Source: Octopus bimaculoides (taxonomy: Eukaryota). From it: 64,000 bases of DNA. The first letter of the stretch is position 1. Each line of letters opens with the position of its first letter. Both the position numbers and the translations under genes were made by a program. Of this stretch, positions 62,285-64,000 are shown piece by piece. The notes under the pieces were generated by a model. That model had not been told where the DNA came from and made no database searches. It saw only the letters and a list, made by a program, of their open reading frames with translations. The stretch spans positions 24,080,580 to 24,144,579 of the forward strand of contig NC_069001.1 in NCBI RefSeq assembly GCF_001194135.2, in the 5' to 3' direction.

Positions 62285-62976
62285 GTAAGTAGTAACCATT
62301 TGGTATTCAAATGGAAAAGAAGATATGGAAAGAAGTGGTGAAGACCAGTCTCAGTGGATTTGAACTTCCTGAAGGAGATGACAAGAAGGCCAGTTTGAGA
62401 GATACTCCAATAGAAATGTCCTGTTTCAACCTGTGCAAGCATGAAAAAGACTTGTAAAAGGCAGATGACGATGATATCAATGCAATTGTTTATGTTAAAT
62501 TTTTAGATAAACAAATATATGTATGTCTGTGCTTCTGTCTGTGTGAGTGTGTATGTCTCTCACAGAGTGTTGGTTTTCTTTCCTTAATTCAAGCACATGT
62601 TTTAGTCTTCAAATTAACTGCTTTATTTTATTTAAAAAAACATAAAACTTTATCCTATTCCTATATATATATTTCATGATATATATGCACCAAAGAATGT
62701 ATGTTTAATTTATCATCTTTGAAGAAGTACTAGAAACATGTTTTCCGTGCAAACAAACTCCCTGCATTAATTATACTCATCACAACGACCACCATAATTA
62801 CTTCAAACAACCTATAATAAACTTTATATATCTAAATCTTTCAGATGTTGTCTACTTTTAAACTTGTCATTTCTACATATGTAAATACCTTTCTACATCC
62901 AGTTCTCATTTAGTTTTACAGTTTGTTTTAACCATAACACACACGGCCAGCTGGAGCACTGTCTACATGTATTTCT

Positions 62977-63203
62977 TATTTCTTCATTGCCCACAAGGGG
63001 CTAAACACAGAGGGGACAAACAAGGACAGACAAAGGGATTAAGTCGATTACATCGACTCCAGTGCGTAACTGGTACTTAATTTATCGACCCTGAAAGGAT
63101 GAAAGGCAAAGTCGACCTCGGCAGAATTTGAACTCAGAACATAACGGCAGACGAAATACCGCTAAGCATTTCGCCCAGCGTGCTAACGTTTCTGTCAGCT
63201 TGC
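62977..63203 (-). mobile_element. Young family A SINE (new tail) with 14-bp TSD
   Basis: CTACATGTATTTCT at 62963-62976 and 63204-63217. Confidence 0.92.
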
Positions 63204-63579
63204 CTACATGTATTTCTATTAAGGCTATTTTCCCTGTTTTCTCTTTGTTTTTACTTTCTTTCTGCTATAATATACAAGGCCAGATGGAGCACAGCTCATA
63301 TACATTTCTACACACAGTTCTTTTAGCTTATTTTTACTCTGAAATCTATGGCCAAGCAGGAGCACTGCTTGCATTTATACATTGTGTGAGTCCTCATGGA
63401 CAAGACCATGCTACATATTTTTGCACAAGGATCTTATTTCAGTTTCTTGGTTAGTTTCAGCCATCAGGTTTACCCCAATGCTGGAGCATTTCTTTTAAGT
63501 ATAAGCACTTGTATATACAAGTATATACAAAAGCATAGATATTCCTACACATGTAAAGGTTTAGTTAATGTTATTCTTT

Positions 63580-63962
63580 TGTTCGTTTACTTGTTTCGGT
63601 CATTTGACTGCAGCCATGCTGGAGCACCACTTTGGAGGGTTTTATTTTTTAGTTGAACAAATTGACCTTGGACGTTTTTTTAAGCCTAGAATTTATTCCA
63701 CCAGTCTCTTTTGCTGAACCACTAAATTACAAGATGTAAACAAACCAACACCAGTAGTCAAGCGATGATGGGGGAGGGATAGAGACACAAACACACACAC
63801 ATACATATACGACGGACTTCTTTCAGTTTTCATCTACAAAATCCACTCACAAGGCTTTGGTCAGCTTGTGGCTCTAGTAGAAGACACTTGCCCAAGGTGC
63901 TACGCAGTGGGACTGAACTTGGAACCAAGTGGTTGGAAAGCAATTTTCTTACCACACAGCCA

Positions 63963-63965
<3 letters not shown>
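63580..63965 (-). mobile_element. SINE family B, full length
   Basis: Shared tail, (CA)n centre and head. Confidence 0.85.

Positions 63966-64000
<35 letters not shown>

Noticed and set aside
9322-63965. Strand bias of SINE family B (about 14 minus versus 8 plus by hand count)
   Set aside because: Too weak at this sample size to infer host-gene orientation.

Overview
AT-rich, repeat-dense eukaryotic non-coding DNA with seven assembly gaps (N runs), most flanked by (TA)n tracts. The tRNA-derived SINE families, RTE tails ending in (GAT)n, R4/Dong-type LINE fragments and microsatellite load point to an octopus (coleoid cephalopod) genome; this is inferred from recognising the families, not from a search. 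There is no intact protein-coding gene, rRNA gene or CRISPR array, and almost all listed ORFs are artefacts of microsatellites, N runs or dead transposons. The window is a layered transposon graveyard. It holds four SINE types, RTE, R4/Dong and HERO-like LINE remnants, and three Tc1/mariner lineages: DD34D (including one full-length 1288-bp mariner), DD37D maT and DD41D rosa. It also holds hAT-, piggyBac- and Kolobok-like MITEs and Helitron-like fragments. Signals not explained by ordinary repeats are: an AG|GTAAGT recursive-splice-like site (47270, minus); a frame-preserving FN3-like 66-nt exon with a NAGNAG acceptor (62219-62284, plus); an intron-retaining tRNA-Ile(TAT)-like pseudogene; two long near-perfect hairpins; a young tail-swapped SINE that inserts at sites matching its own tail; and a SINE whose internal microsatellite repeatedly hosts other elements. 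None amounts to a proven new system. All coordinates were read by hand, and repeat boundaries are approximate (about +/-10-30 bp).
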